IMG/VR virus record: IMGVR_UViG_3300029309_000059
Coordinates: 1-53,689 of that record
Source of the DNA: a virus
Taxonomy: Duplodnaviria > Caudoviricetes
Reading direction: 5' to 3' (one strand)
Length of the DNA: 53,689 nt
Below the pieces are notes generated by a model, which searched no databases, was not told the origin of the DNA, and saw only the letters and a program-made list of their open reading frames with translations. Each line of letters opens with the position of its first letter. Position 1 is the stretch's first letter. This document shows, piece after piece, positions 1-9,265 of the stretch. The translations under genes were made by a program, and so were the position numbers.

Positions 1-1
1 A

Positions 2-124
2 AAGTGCTCAGAAGAAACTCTTTTTCGTGGTGAGATGAAGTTTCATCAAGCACTAGAAAATATTCAATCATACTTAAATGAAGACAAAGACACAAAATCA
101 CACTACGCAGAATTTGTCGTTTAA
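2..124 (+). CDS. 3' end of a truncated gene (possibly a RecE/PD-(D/E)xK-type exonuclease)
   Basis: Frame 2 is open from the window edge: KCSEETLFRGEMKFHQALENIQSYL...EFVV*. The product is guessed from replication-module context only. Confidence 0.4.
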   Translation, partial: KCSEETLFRGEMKFHQALENIQSYLNEDKDTKSHYAEFVV

Positions 125-238
125 CAAGCAATCTATATATGATCGCCCGCTGTCAATAAAACACAAGGTCATCATATTCACACTATTCTTTCTATGGATA
201 TTAATGTAACTTTTTTTTAATCTTTTAATTTATTTACC

Positions 239-541
239 ATGAGCGATAAGCTATATGATTCAGTTCTAGTAGGTTGGGCAGAAGCCCCTGACTACAATGA
301 CAACCAAGAACTCCTTTCATGGAGGGTCCGATTGAAGGACACAGAACTCCAGGACATGCTTAAAAAGTATGCAACACGAAAGGACGAGGAAGGTCAAGGT
401 GGCAACGTCTACCTGAAGCTTTTCATGTCCAAGGGAGGTAAGGCATGTTGCAGCGTTTGGGATCCAAACAGCGAAGCAGCAAAGCAGAAGAGAGAGGCAA
501 AGAAAGCCGCTCAACCTGTTGCTGATGACTTGCCATTCTAA
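239..541 (+). CDS. putative single-stranded DNA-binding protein
   Basis: 100 aa with beta-rich core and acidic C-terminal tail ending ADDLPF, typical of SSBs; lies upstream of the primase-helicase. Confidence 0.55.
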   Translation: MSDKLYDSVLVGWAEAPDYNDNQELLSWRVRLKDTELQDMLKKYATRKDEEGQGGNVYLKLFMSKGGKACCSVWDPNSEAAKQKREAKKAAQPVADDLPF

Positions 542-797
542 GGCACCTATATACTACATGACCGCTCGTGTCGCCTTCAAAAAGAAGAAGGTTGTACACG
601 AGCGTGTTGTGTGGATAGTTTCTGTATTCGAGAATCCTAGTGATATAATCAAGTATGATTTAAAGTCTATACACCGACTGACTAGTGAGTTATATGCTAA
701 AAAATCAGGTGACAATAAACCGATAATTATCAGAGAGATTCTTACTAAAAAATTAATTTCTAATTCTAATCTAAGTTTAGATGAGCACAAAAACTAA
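525..797 (+). CDS. hypothetical protein
   Basis: ORF packed between neighbours; ATG at 525, alternative start at 558. Confidence 0.6.
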   Translation: MTCHSKAPIYYMTARVAFKKKKVVHERVVWIVSVFENPSDIIKYDLKSIHRLTSELYAKKSGDNKPIIIREILTKKLISNSNLSLDEHKN

Positions 798-1146
798 GAT
801 CAAAGCTAAGTGTCGCGTTTTAGAAAAATTACTATGTAATAAAAATGATAGATATGGTAATGCGTCACTAGAACCTATCAATGTATTTTTCTCTGGCAAT
901 TCTGTATCCAGCATCAAAGCACGCATTGATGACAAACTAAAACGAATACAAAACTCAGGCAAACTTGACGATACTGAAGACACTTTATTAGACTTAACAG
1001 GTTATCTAATCCTCCTTATGATCGCAAAAGACAATGAAAGTCACGATATTCAAAAACGTATTCGAGAAGACTACACCACATCACATCCCACTACATCAAG
1101 CGTTACAAAGGATACAGACTGGGAAGTCGAGTACACTGGTATCTGA
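781..1146 (+). CDS. DUF1599 / nucleotide-modification-associated domain 1 (Nmad1)-like protein
   Basis: KNDRYGNA...RIDDKLKRI...EDTLLDLTGYLILL pattern. Confidence 0.7.
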   Translation: MSTKTKIKAKCRVLEKLLCNKNDRYGNASLEPINVFFSGNSVSSIKARIDDKLKRIQNSGKLDDTEDTLLDLTGYLILLMIAKDNESHDIQKRIREDYTTSHPTTSSVTKDTDWEVEYTGI

Positions 1147-2830
1147 CATACGTAGCGGAGATAAGGACAAAAAGACCGATCTACCTGTAGTGTGTTGGAG
1201 TGGGGAGTTTTCATCTAGATATGATGACTCTTTATTTGAGCACTCTGGATTTATTGTTTTAGACTTTGACTACGTAGATGTAGAGCCAACAAAAAGATCG
1301 TTGGCTACAGACGACTTTATCCATTCTTGTTGGACTAGTCCAAGTGGCACAGGCGTAAAGGCTCTAGTTCAAATAACAAACCCTGAGAGACACAGGGATC
1401 ACTTTCGAGCTTTAGTAAAGTACTTTGAAAGAACTCATGGCCTAGAGCTTGATGAGTCTGGCATCAATGAGTCGCGTGCTTGTTTTGAGTCTTACGACCC
1501 TGACATCATCATCAAAGATGAATCCAAAAAGTTTGGTCATTTCACCACAGAGATGGCTGAAGCACAGGTGCCAACGAACGAGGCTTACGATCATACAGAT
1601 TACATGAAGCTCAACCTTGGCTGCCGTATGATTCGACAGGCAAAGGATGGTGAGAAGTGGGTGACTTTACGCAAAGCTGCCATGCTATGTGGTGGCTATA
1701 TCTCGGCTGGCAAGATGGAAGAGGAGGAAGTGATAAGGATTTTGTTCAGGGAGATATGCAAGCGTAATGTAGACAGCGAGGATCACGCTAAGAAGCTTAT
1801 AATAGATGCCATAGAGAAGGGCAAAGAATTACCTATTAAGGAAATTATTGACGAGGAGAAGTCGGCCAAGAGGGAGATGTTATTAAATGATGGAGATATG
1901 TCATTTGTATCATCCGATGATGAAGACTTCAGGTGGATTGACGACTACTCACAGGGCCTTATTGAGATTGGCCTCACCACTGGTGATCTAAAGCTTGATG
2001 ACTTCTTTAGGTACAAGAAAGAGTTTGTCATCATCAATGGACACTCTAATGTGGGAAAGACAACGACGGCATTATATTTTATAGTCAATGCTGCGATTCG
2101 TCACGATTGGAAGTGGGTCATATACTCCTCAGAGAATAGAACCGCATCCATCAAGATGACACTAATGCAGTTTGCTGTAGATAGGAGGGTGGGGGACATG
2201 ACTTACAGCGAACGTAAAAGAGCTTACAAGTGGGTTCAGGAGCATTTTGTAGTTATCAGTAACAAACACATATACAGCTATAGCGATCTGATTCTTTTTA
2301 TTGAAAAGATTATGCTGCAGCAATCCGTAGATGCTGTGTTTATAGACCCATACAACAGTCTTAAATTAGATATGAGGGGGTCTGGTATAGGAGTCCACGA
2401 TTATCACTATGAAGCTGCCTCTGAGTTCTTGACGTTTAGCAAGGCAAACAACGTAGCGGTATGGTTAAATATGCATGCGGTGACAGAGGCACAGCGTAGA
2501 AAAGGTGACGACGGATTACCTGTAGCTCCATATGCGGAGGATACAGAAGGTGGTGGAAAGTTCGTAAATAGATCCGATTGCTTCCTTACACTTCATCGAA
2601 AGGTTCAAGCAATGGACCCTATCATACGGAAAATCAGTGAGTTACATGTAAGGAAAGTTAGAGAGGTAGAAACGGGTGGAGCACCGACTCCGCTAGAGGA
2701 TCCGTATAGATTACAGATAAATCTTTCCCACACAGGATTTCAAACCATGACAGGACAAAAGGCTCTATTTGAGTCAATTGACTTGCCTCACTTAGATGAG
2801 GTCAGATTTGAGTTTTCCACAAAATCTTGA
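1034..2830 (+). CDS. primase-helicase (VirE_N/BT4734-like N-terminal domain + DnaB-like SF4 helicase)
   Basis: N-terminal IVLDFD and SPSGTGVK motifs; Walker A GHSNVGKT; Walker B VFIDPYN; C-terminal VRKVR. Confidence 0.85.
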   Translation: MKVTIFKNVFEKTTPHHIPLHQALQRIQTGKSSTLVSDIRSGDKDKKTDLPVVCWSGEFSSRYDDSLFEHSGFIVLDFDYVDVEPTKRSLATDDFIHSCWTSPSGTGVKALVQITNPERHRDHFRALVKYFERTHGLELDESGINESRACFESYDPDIIIKDESKKFGHFTTEMAEAQVPTNEAYDHTDYMKLNLGCRMIRQAKDGEKWVTLRKAAMLCGGYISAGKMEEEEVIRILFREICKRNVDSEDHAKKLIIDAIEKGKELPIKEIIDEEKSAKREMLLNDGDMSFVSSDDEDFRWIDDYSQGLIEIGLTTGDLKLDDFFRYKKEFVIINGHSNVGKTTTALYFIVNAAIRHDWKWVIYSSENRTASIKMTLMQFAVDRRVGDMTYSERKRAYKWVQEHFVVISNKHIYSYSDLILFIEKIMLQQSVDAVFIDPYNSLKLDMRGSGIGVHDYHYEAASEFLTFSKANNVAVWLNMHAVTEAQRRKGDDGLPVAPYAEDTEGGGKFVNRSDCFLTLHRKVQAMDPIIRKISELHVRKVREVETGGAPTPLEDPYRLQINLSHTGFQTMTGQKALFESIDLPHLDEVRFEFSTKS

Positions 2831-2849
2831 GATCGAATTTTTCCCTTGG

Positions 2850-2857
2850 TAACTTCG
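2850..2857 (+). promoter_or_regulatory. Bacteroidota -7-like element TAACTTCG
   Basis: One mismatch to TAnnTTTG; lies 4 nt before the ATG at 2862. Confidence 0.5.
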
Positions 2858-2861
2858 ATTT

Positions 2862-3323
2862 ATGAAGAGACAGAGGAAGACTACTAAAAAGCGTTCAAGC
2901 GCAAAGAAAAAACGCTTAGGAAGGTACGCTAGTTCGATAGAGAAGTATTGCGCTGACCAGCTTAAAGAATACGGGATAGCTTTCGATTATGAAGAACACA
3001 CCTATGTGTTGAGTGAAAAGTTTAGATTTCCTAATAAGTATTTTAAGATGACAGCCAAGGGTAAAGAAATGGCTGACAGAACAGATTCAGTGGTATTGCC
3101 TATCACATATAAGCCTGATTTTGTTGGTAAGGATCACGACTGGATTATTGAAACAAAAGGCTTTCTACCATCACATCACGACTTTCCTATGCGTTGGAAG
3201 CTTTTTCTAAAACATTTGGTTGCAAACGAGGCTAAAACAATTGTATTTTTAGCTAAGAACAGTGGTCAGGTTGACCACGCTATCCAAGAGATATTGCAAT
3301 CTATACAAGATGGAAAAATCTAA
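2862..3323 (+). CDS. T7 endonuclease I-like PD-(D/E)xK nuclease / resolvase
   Basis: YASSIE...FDYE...YKPDF...IIETKG. Confidence 0.75.
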   Translation: MKRQRKTTKKRSSAKKKRLGRYASSIEKYCADQLKEYGIAFDYEEHTYVLSEKFRFPNKYFKMTAKGKEMADRTDSVVLPITYKPDFVGKDHDWIIETKGFLPSHHDFPMRWKLFLKHLVANEAKTIVFLAKNSGQVDHAIQEILQSIQDGKI

Positions 3324-3531
3324 AATAAGCTGGTATTATTTCTATGCCTGCGATAAGATCCATGATGTTATAGATGATTTATATGAAGCCCTGCACGAGG
3401 AGACTGGAATACCTAAGGAAAGAATCGGGCTTGTTGATGAAGCAATGGAGGGTGTTAAGTCTGCTATTTATCAAGAATTAGATTTAATTAAATCCATTGC
3501 AAATGAATGCGAAAGAGAGGACAAGGTATAG
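3310..3531 (+). CDS. hypothetical acidic helical protein
   Basis: ATG at 3310 overlaps the upstream gene end; 73 aa. Confidence 0.6.
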   Translation: MEKSKISWYYFYACDKIHDVIDDLYEALHEETGIPKERIGLVDEAMEGVKSAIYQELDLIKSIANECEREDKV

Positions 3532-4000
3532 CTCTACTACTGGTAGAGTTGCTGAGGTAAGATTCCTGAGGGCTGCAAGAAACAGAGGTTTACTTGTAAA
3601 GAAATCAAGCCATACAGAAGATATACATTCTCACGTTGATTACTGGCTTGCTCTAAAAGATGGTGGAAGATGGGGCGTTGATGTAAAGGGTAATAATCTA
3701 CCAGATGAGATATGGGTAGAATTTAAAAATGTATCAGGAGACAAAGGATGGCTGTACGGGGGTGCTTTTTTGATCGCATTTGATATGCCTGAGGAGGGAG
3801 GCTTTGCTATAGTTGACAGAGATGAACTAGCATCTTTTTGCGAAAAACATGTGAAGAGTGAAATCGTTACTAATAAAAACGATGCATACCTGAAAAGGTA
3901 TACCAGGAGAAACAGGGGCGATTCAATAACCATGCTTAAGCTGCATGATCTTAAAAGCTTGCTATCTTATAGAATTTGGGAATACGATAAAAAGTATTAA
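3503..4000 (+). CDS. PD-(D/E)xK-family nuclease-like protein
   Basis: G..AE...HVDYW...VDVKG...WVEFKNV.G..GWLYG motif set. Confidence 0.65.
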   Translation: MNAKERTRYSSTTGRVAEVRFLRAARNRGLLVKKSSHTEDIHSHVDYWLALKDGGRWGVDVKGNNLPDEIWVEFKNVSGDKGWLYGGAFLIAFDMPEEGGFAIVDRDELASFCEKHVKSEIVTNKNDAYLKRYTRRNRGDSITMLKLHDLKSLLSYRIWEYDKKY

Positions 4001-4077
4001 TCATATGCAGGCGTGACATAAATATCATTATATGGTATTATATTGGCTACCGTTGCGATTGTATTTAGATTAGTCGC

Positions 4078-4338
4078 ATGAAATCAATAGCATTTTTTTC
4101 TTGTCTTTTATTTGTCTCATGCATGAGAGTACCACAAAAGCTCTATGTTCAGCCAGAAGATTACAATTGTGACTTGATAATCTCTACATCATGGGACGGA
4201 TGTCACCCAGTTCAGCACTTTGAAAAAGAATTGTTAGTAAATCATACGCATACGGACTATATGGGGATGAATTATAAATTGATATCAACTGAAGATCCTA
4301 AAATATTTATTCTTCAAGTTTCAATACCTTCCCCGTAA
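4078..4338 (+). CDS. putative lipoprotein
   Basis: MKSIAFFSCLLFVSC signal/lipobox; TAGATTAG -7-like element at 4066-4073, 4 nt upstream. Confidence 0.6.
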   Translation: MKSIAFFSCLLFVSCMRVPQKLYVQPEDYNCDLIISTSWDGCHPVQHFEKELLVNHTHTDYMGMNYKLISTEDPKIFILQVSIPSP

Positions 4339-4368
4339 CTTTATTGAGTTGGATGGCGTAGTGTAAGT

Positions 4369-4539
4369 ATGATGTGGTCAACTTACATAATGGATTTTTT
4401 GCTTCTCTTAGCAAACTATGGCCAAGCAGTTAGTCCTGACTCTCATGCCGCATGCATGGACTTCAATGGTGACGGATTTATTACCATGTATGACTTTCTT
4501 GAAATGCTGTCTATGCAGCCTAAGCCAGAGAAGTCATGA
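4369..4539 (+). CDS. 56-aa dockerin/EF-hand-like Ca-binding miniprotein (not in ORF track)
   Basis: Manual translation MMWSTYIMDFLLLLANYGQAVSPDSHAACMDFNGDGFITMYDFLEMLSMQPKPEKS; its TGA overlaps the next ATG (ATGA). Confidence 0.65.
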   Translation: MMWSTYIMDFLLLLANYGQAVSPDSHAACMDFNGDGFITMYDFLEMLSMQPKPEKS

Positions 4540-4769
4540 TGAAGAATACGAAACATCATCAGATAGTCAAGGCTGTTGTTTCCAGGGATTTTAAGTTCAT
4601 CCACATTGACGCTGGCATGGGTGACAACGGTTTGCAGCGAATAGTAACTGAAACTAGCGAGGAAGAAGTGATTCACTGTTATCTATACCCTATCATAGAT
4701 AAGATATGTAGAGAGGAGTTTAGAGATCTAGAAGATATCGCCCTTACAATAAAGGTTACTTGGGTCTAG
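4536..4769 (+). CDS. hypothetical protein
   Basis: Last + strand gene; its stop overlaps that of the convergent - strand gene. Confidence 0.55.
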   Translation: MMKNTKHHQIVKAVVSRDFKFIHIDAGMGDNGLQRIVTETSEEEVIHCYLYPIIDKICREEFRDLEDIALTIKVTWV

Positions 4770-5131
4770 AAGTCGTTAAGCATGATGTCGTCAACGGCCT
4801 CTTGAACTTCTTTAAGAGTGGCTTCCATAGTCATCATGATGTTTGCCTGGAATCTTTCTGCTTCTTCCCCTTCATTGAAAACAACAATGGTGGGTACCAC
4901 GACAATCTTGTGCTTCTTCTGAAGGTCTGGATTTGAAGCTATATCTATACGAGCTGTCTCACAATCGTCAAGCTTTTCAATCCAAGGCACACTGTTCTGT
5001 GAGTTAAAACTTGCGTTGAACTCAACTACACAGATGCCTGATCCGCATACGTCTTTATCTTCTGCAGGCGTCGCAAAGACTGCCGCCAGTAATAATGCAA
5101 AAGATACACATAGGGTTGATATTAATTTCAT
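4766..5131 (-). CDS. secreted thioredoxin-fold protein lacking CxxC
   Basis: Signal peptide; VVEFNASFNSQN in place of F.A.WCxxC; cis-Pro motif VVPTIVVF...GEE..RF. Confidence 0.75.
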   Translation of the reverse strand: MKLISTLCVSFALLLAAVFATPAEDKDVCGSGICVVEFNASFNSQNSVPWIEKLDDCETARIDIASNPDLQKKHKIVVVPTIVVFNEGEEAERFQANIMMTMEATLKEVQEAVDDIMLNDF

Positions 5132-5134
5132 GTG

Positions 5135-5419
5135 TCATTTTAGTTGATCTATTTTCTCTTCAATGCGCTTAATATCTTGCTTGATTTCAGTGACATCTTC
5201 TTGAGTAGTCATAATTGTTTGACGCACAAGCTGGTCTTTCATATCAAACTCCATGCGCGTGATCTCTGGCTCAGAAGGAAGCGGTAGCTCTTTTGCCTCT
5301 GCTATGTCAGCCTGCAAAGCAAACCACATCCCCACGATTGTTGCTATTCCCGCTGCCACCATACCAAGTGTCTTCAGGTCTAGTGTTACTTTAGTGTCCT
5401 CTCCAATTTGTTTTGCCAT
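5135..5419 (-). CDS. single-TM coiled-coil membrane protein
   Basis: Start MAKQIG overlaps the upstream stop (TGATG); TM segment LGMVAAGIATIVGMWFAL; C-terminal heptads VTEIKQDIKRIEEKID. Confidence 0.7.
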   Translation of the reverse strand: MAKQIGEDTKVTLDLKTLGMVAAGIATIVGMWFALQADIAEAKELPLPSEPEITRMEFDMKDQLVRQTIMTTQEDVTEIKQDIKRIEEKIDQLK

Positions 5420-6465
5420 CACAATAGTATATAATTGAGTCCTACAGAGAAGTCGTGCCACTCTCTGTTCCAGTATCTGTTGTATTTACCTTCGGCAAAT
5501 ACGCCGAGGCTCTTTGTGAGCTTGGTTCCAAAAACAAGCCCAAATCCCAGGTCAACCCATTGACTGCTGTTAACGAAGTTGTGATAGGAATACTCGTCAC
5601 CTGTCTCAAGGTGGTAGGGCATTACGTTGCCCCATGAGTGCAACCAAAAATCTTTTTCGTAGTGATAGAAGTCAAAGCCCAGCACGGCAGAATAAAGCCA
5701 TTGGTTGTCTAGCTGCGCCCTCTTGTCAGAAACATATTCATCAAGCACCTGCGGGATGACCACCTGTTCCCATACCGCTTGATCGTTTGCAATCATGTTG
5801 CCGTCTGGAGAAAAGAACTCACCTGTGTTTACGTCAACGCTATATCCTTGCTGTATAGCTAAGGCGGTGTAGTGTATCTGATTGTTGTCTAGAAGCCATT
5901 GTTGCAGCGGATCGTACCCGTAGGGTTCAGATATTCTTTGCACCACTCCCACATTGAGAGAAAGCTTCTTACCAATCTTCACTCTCGCTCTTTCTGACGC
6001 TTCAAAATATCTGACATCAGCAAAACCATCTTGTAAGTATTCGGCCTTGACTATCCATGTATCTGCCACATATCTAGCAAAGTAGTCTTGATCAAGAAAG
6101 TTCTTCCCTTGTTGTCTTCTCCAGTCAGCTTCGGCCAAGAACTCAAATCCGTCGTATTTTCCTACTGTTGCTGCGTCTCCGTATGTCTTCTCTGTTCCGT
6201 CGTAAAAGATATTAGCTCTGTTCTCGTACCCAAACCTTGCAATCTTTCTCACGCCAAGTGTTAGGGAGTAATCAAAGGGAGTCTCTACAATCTCTGTTGT
6301 AAGCGGTCCTGTAGATACAGAGAATACGTCCTGATCTGACACGGAGTTACCTCCGTTTACGGATGCGTAGAACGTAGCTCTTCTTAACACATTTTTGTAA
6401 AAGTCGCTTTGTCCAAGGGCAAACAAGGGCAAAAGCATAAAGGCTATGGCTACAAGTCTCTTCAT
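5419..6465 (-). CDS. putative outer-membrane beta-barrel protein
   Basis: Signal peptide; many alternating amphipathic strands; C-terminal FSVGLNYILL resembles a beta-signal. Confidence 0.65.
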   Translation of the reverse strand: MKRLVAIAFMLLPLFALGQSDFYKNVLRRATFYASVNGGNSVSDQDVFSVSTGPLTTEIVETPFDYSLTLGVRKIARFGYENRANIFYDGTEKTYGDAATVGKYDGFEFLAEADWRRQQGKNFLDQDYFARYVADTWIVKAEYLQDGFADVRYFEASERARVKIGKKLSLNVGVVQRISEPYGYDPLQQWLLDNNQIHYTALAIQQGYSVDVNTGEFFSPDGNMIANDQAVWEQVVIPQVLDEYVSDKRAQLDNQWLYSAVLGFDFYHYEKDFWLHSWGNVMPYHLETGDEYSYHNFVNSSQWVDLGFGLVFGTKLTKSLGVFAEGKYNRYWNREWHDFSVGLNYILL

Positions 6466-8528
6466 TGTCTTACGATTGTTTCTCTCTTGATTCTACCCTT
6501 ATAATTAGCCATGATTACATACGGCCCTGGTGATGGCAGCTCAACTTTGTTTCCCGTGGTTGTTTCAACAACCGCACCCCTTGCATCAAATAAAGTAATT
6601 ACTGTACCCACAGGAGCTTGTATGTTTACGATTCCAGACGTAGGGTTAGGGAAGAAATGAAGCAATGATCTCACTGCCATATCTACCGCAGTGACTCCGT
6701 CTCCACAGTAGTCGTACATCTCTTCGCATACCGCATCCCAAGCTGTTTCACAGCAGTAAGGGTCAACCTCGATCACCCACGAGTAACAGTAGTCATTCGC
6801 CCAGTACGGTTCTCCTGGGCCAGTGATGCAGCCCGCATCATACAAGCAGGCATCTTCGTTAGGAGTGTTTGCTAACTCATTGTAATTGAATGCGTTAGGG
6901 TCCATGCAGTCAAGTATAACTTCAATGCAATCTCCTGTATCTACGTTTGCTTCTGGATCGTAGTTAAGAGCCTCAGGGGACATGCACCCAAACACAGCAA
7001 GCGTCTCACAGCTGCCATCGTCATAGTCAGCTTCATATCCCTGATTGTAGTACTCTACGTAGCCAGCTTGAGTGCATCCAGCATTGTAGTAGCAGCTACC
7101 ATCCTCTGTATTCGCTTCAGCATCGTAGTTCTGTGCGGTGTCGTCAGTGCATCCATACATAAATGGAATACAACTGGTTCCGCAGTAAGGCATGAAGCTG
7201 TATACATTCCACTCAGGATTCTTAAACGGCTGAAGCGCACCCTGACCGTTGTTAAAGAACGGGTTAAGACCCTCAGCCATGAGCGTATCGCCCAGTTCGT
7301 TTGTAACGAGAATGGAGTTGTGAAGTGTCTGAAACTCAGTCTCTTGAGGTGGTTGCTGCGGCCCTCCAACCTCGAAATAATACACATCTACCTTTTCGTC
7401 TGAATCAAGGACTAGGTCCCATGACTGAGAAAACTCTCCAGGACCCATGGTAAAGATCCATTGCAGCTCCCCCTGCTTTACGCCTATATGCGAGTTCCCC
7501 CATCCATCTCCAGCTGCGTCTCCGATTCTTATGGTTGTGAGGCACGGGCTGTTTAGGTCTGAGATCGTAGCGGTTGAGTCGTAATTAAAAGACTCTGGGT
7601 CCATACACCCCCATGTGTGTAGAGTGAGGCAATCCCCCGCATCTGTAGCCTCTGGGTTGTAGTCAACGTAATCGTCGTCCATGCATCCCACTATCACGCT
7701 ATCGGGAGCGCAGGGTTCCACAAAGACAGCCCCAGAGTAATGCACGTTTCCATCGTTGTCTGAATATGCTAAGTCTTCTAGTTCCCAAACAATCTCCTCG
7801 TCACACGCAGTAATCACAACTCCTCCATCCTGGCCCCCACTTGCAGACCCATTGAGTCCGTCTCCGTAAGTGTCTGTGAGTATCAACTCAAAACCCAGAG
7901 CAACACAAAAATCATAAGTATATGTTGCAAGCTGATCGCCAAAATTGAATCCTCCTGGAAGAACTTGCTCGTAGAACTGACCGACAGCCAAGTCAACAAG
8001 CGTAAACCCAGTTTCATTTGGCCAGTTGTCTAAGGTCAACTCCATCGAGACAAAAGCCTGACCCTCTGGACATTCACTCACATTGCAACTACCGTCATCT
8101 ACAGTCGCCCATGGATTGTAGTTGTTTGATGAATCATCTGTACACCCTGGAATCGGAAGAGCACAAGGCTCGGCAATGAAAGGAACTGTTATTTGTGATG
8201 CATCGAAATCAAATACAGCTACATCAAGTCCACAATCGTTGTTTAGAGCAAACCATCCCTCTCCAAACTGACAGCATATACCGTCTCCAAAAGCATCGTT
8301 AACCACAAGATTGTACTCTCCTGATGGCAGCAGTATCAGCTGTTCCGTATAAGAAGAATCAGGGTATGGTCCTCCAGACGTAAAGGCATTGTCAGAGCCG
8401 ATTGGGTATATCTCCCATGTGCTCTCACCCCCGTAGTTGTCAGTCTGAAACTCAAAATTTACCCAGCTAGGCTGAGACAAACAAACAAATGGAATGCAAA
8501 ATAGTATTGAGAAAAAAGATTTCATCAT
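6462..8528 (-). CDS. Cys/Asp-rich repeat protein with T9SS type A C-terminal sorting domain
   Basis: Signal peptide; three D.(Y/F/A)GDG modules; multiple GC(T/M)D..A.NY...A..DDGSC repeats; C-terminal FFPNPTSGIVNI...LFDARG...GPYVI...TIVRQ. Confidence 0.8.
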   Translation of the reverse strand: MMKSFFSILFCIPFVCLSQPSWVNFEFQTDNYGGESTWEIYPIGSDNAFTSGGPYPDSSYTEQLILLPSGEYNLVVNDAFGDGICCQFGEGWFALNNDCGLDVAVFDFDASQITVPFIAEPCALPIPGCTDDSSNNYNPWATVDDGSCNVSECPEGQAFVSMELTLDNWPNETGFTLVDLAVGQFYEQVLPGGFNFGDQLATYTYDFCVALGFELILTDTYGDGLNGSASGGQDGGVVITACDEEIVWELEDLAYSDNDGNVHYSGAVFVEPCAPDSVIVGCMDDDYVDYNPEATDAGDCLTLHTWGCMDPESFNYDSTATISDLNSPCLTTIRIGDAAGDGWGNSHIGVKQGELQWIFTMGPGEFSQSWDLVLDSDEKVDVYYFEVGGPQQPPQETEFQTLHNSILVTNELGDTLMAEGLNPFFNNGQGALQPFKNPEWNVYSFMPYCGTSCIPFMYGCTDDTAQNYDAEANTEDGSCYYNAGCTQAGYVEYYNQGYEADYDDGSCETLAVFGCMSPEALNYDPEANVDTGDCIEVILDCMDPNAFNYNELANTPNEDACLYDAGCITGPGEPYWANDYCYSWVIEVDPYCCETAWDAVCEEMYDYCGDGVTAVDMAVRSLLHFFPNPTSGIVNIQAPVGTVITLFDARGAVVETTTGNKVELPSPGPYVIMANYKGRIKRETIVRQ

Positions 8529-9265
8529 TTCTTGAGAACCTTGATTTTACCGCCGTATTTATTCAACTTAAAACTAGGTTGAGTTGCTTGCTCCATAAAA
8601 GATTCAACGGGCTCCTGAGTTCTAGGATCGAATGTAGCGTCCTTCAAAGGCGTACTAGAAAGAGAACCACCACGAGCTTCATTAAAAACTTGATCAATAT
8701 CCTTTACTAGTTGTTGATACGATTTATTGTCTAAGTATTCAGTAAATTCTATATCGCGAAGTATATCATCTAATGATGCTTGAAGCTTGTCAAAATCTTG
8801 AATCTCCCCCCGAAGTAAATTTTCCAAATTTATTTGAAGCTCCCCAACAGCCAGACTCTCATCCTTTGCACCTTCTCTTAAAGCTCTATCTGCTATGTTT
8901 TGGAGACGATCATTAAGTTGTTTTTGTTGTAGATTCATAAGAGCTCTTTTGTCTGCTGATCTCTCAGCAAACCCCTCCAACATCTCTCTTCTCGCCATAT
9001 CAATCGCTGGAGCAACAGAACGAGCCCCTCTGCCAGCCAGAGCCCTAACCCCTCTAGCTGCCAGTGAAGCCAACTCCCCTGCCCCCATAAAATCAAAGAT
9101 GTACGGGCGATCTACACTGATAGCCCCAGTAACCCTTGGATCAGGTATGATATTCTGACGCATAGCCTCATCCATCATGACAGCCCTGTCAGCAGCTAAT
9201 TGTTCTCTAGCCATTTTCTCCAAAACAGGGTCTTTACCTCCATTCTGATATTTCTTAATCTTCAC
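8525..9265 (-). CDS. hypothetical protein with basic KKYQNGG / KYGGKIKV termini
   Basis: 246-aa ORF with GTG start overlapping the holin stop. Confidence 0.7.
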   Translation of the reverse strand: MKIKKYQNGGKDPVLEKMAREQLAADRAVMMDEAMRQNIIPDPRVTGAISVDRPYIFDFMGAGELASLAARGVRALAGRGARSVAPAIDMARREMLEGFAERSADKRALMNLQQKQLNDRLQNIADRALREGAKDESLAVGELQINLENLLRGEIQDFDKLQASLDDILRDIEFTEYLDNKSYQQLVKDIDQVFNEARGGSLSSTPLKDATFDPRTQEPVESFMEQATQPSFKLNKYGGKIKVLKK

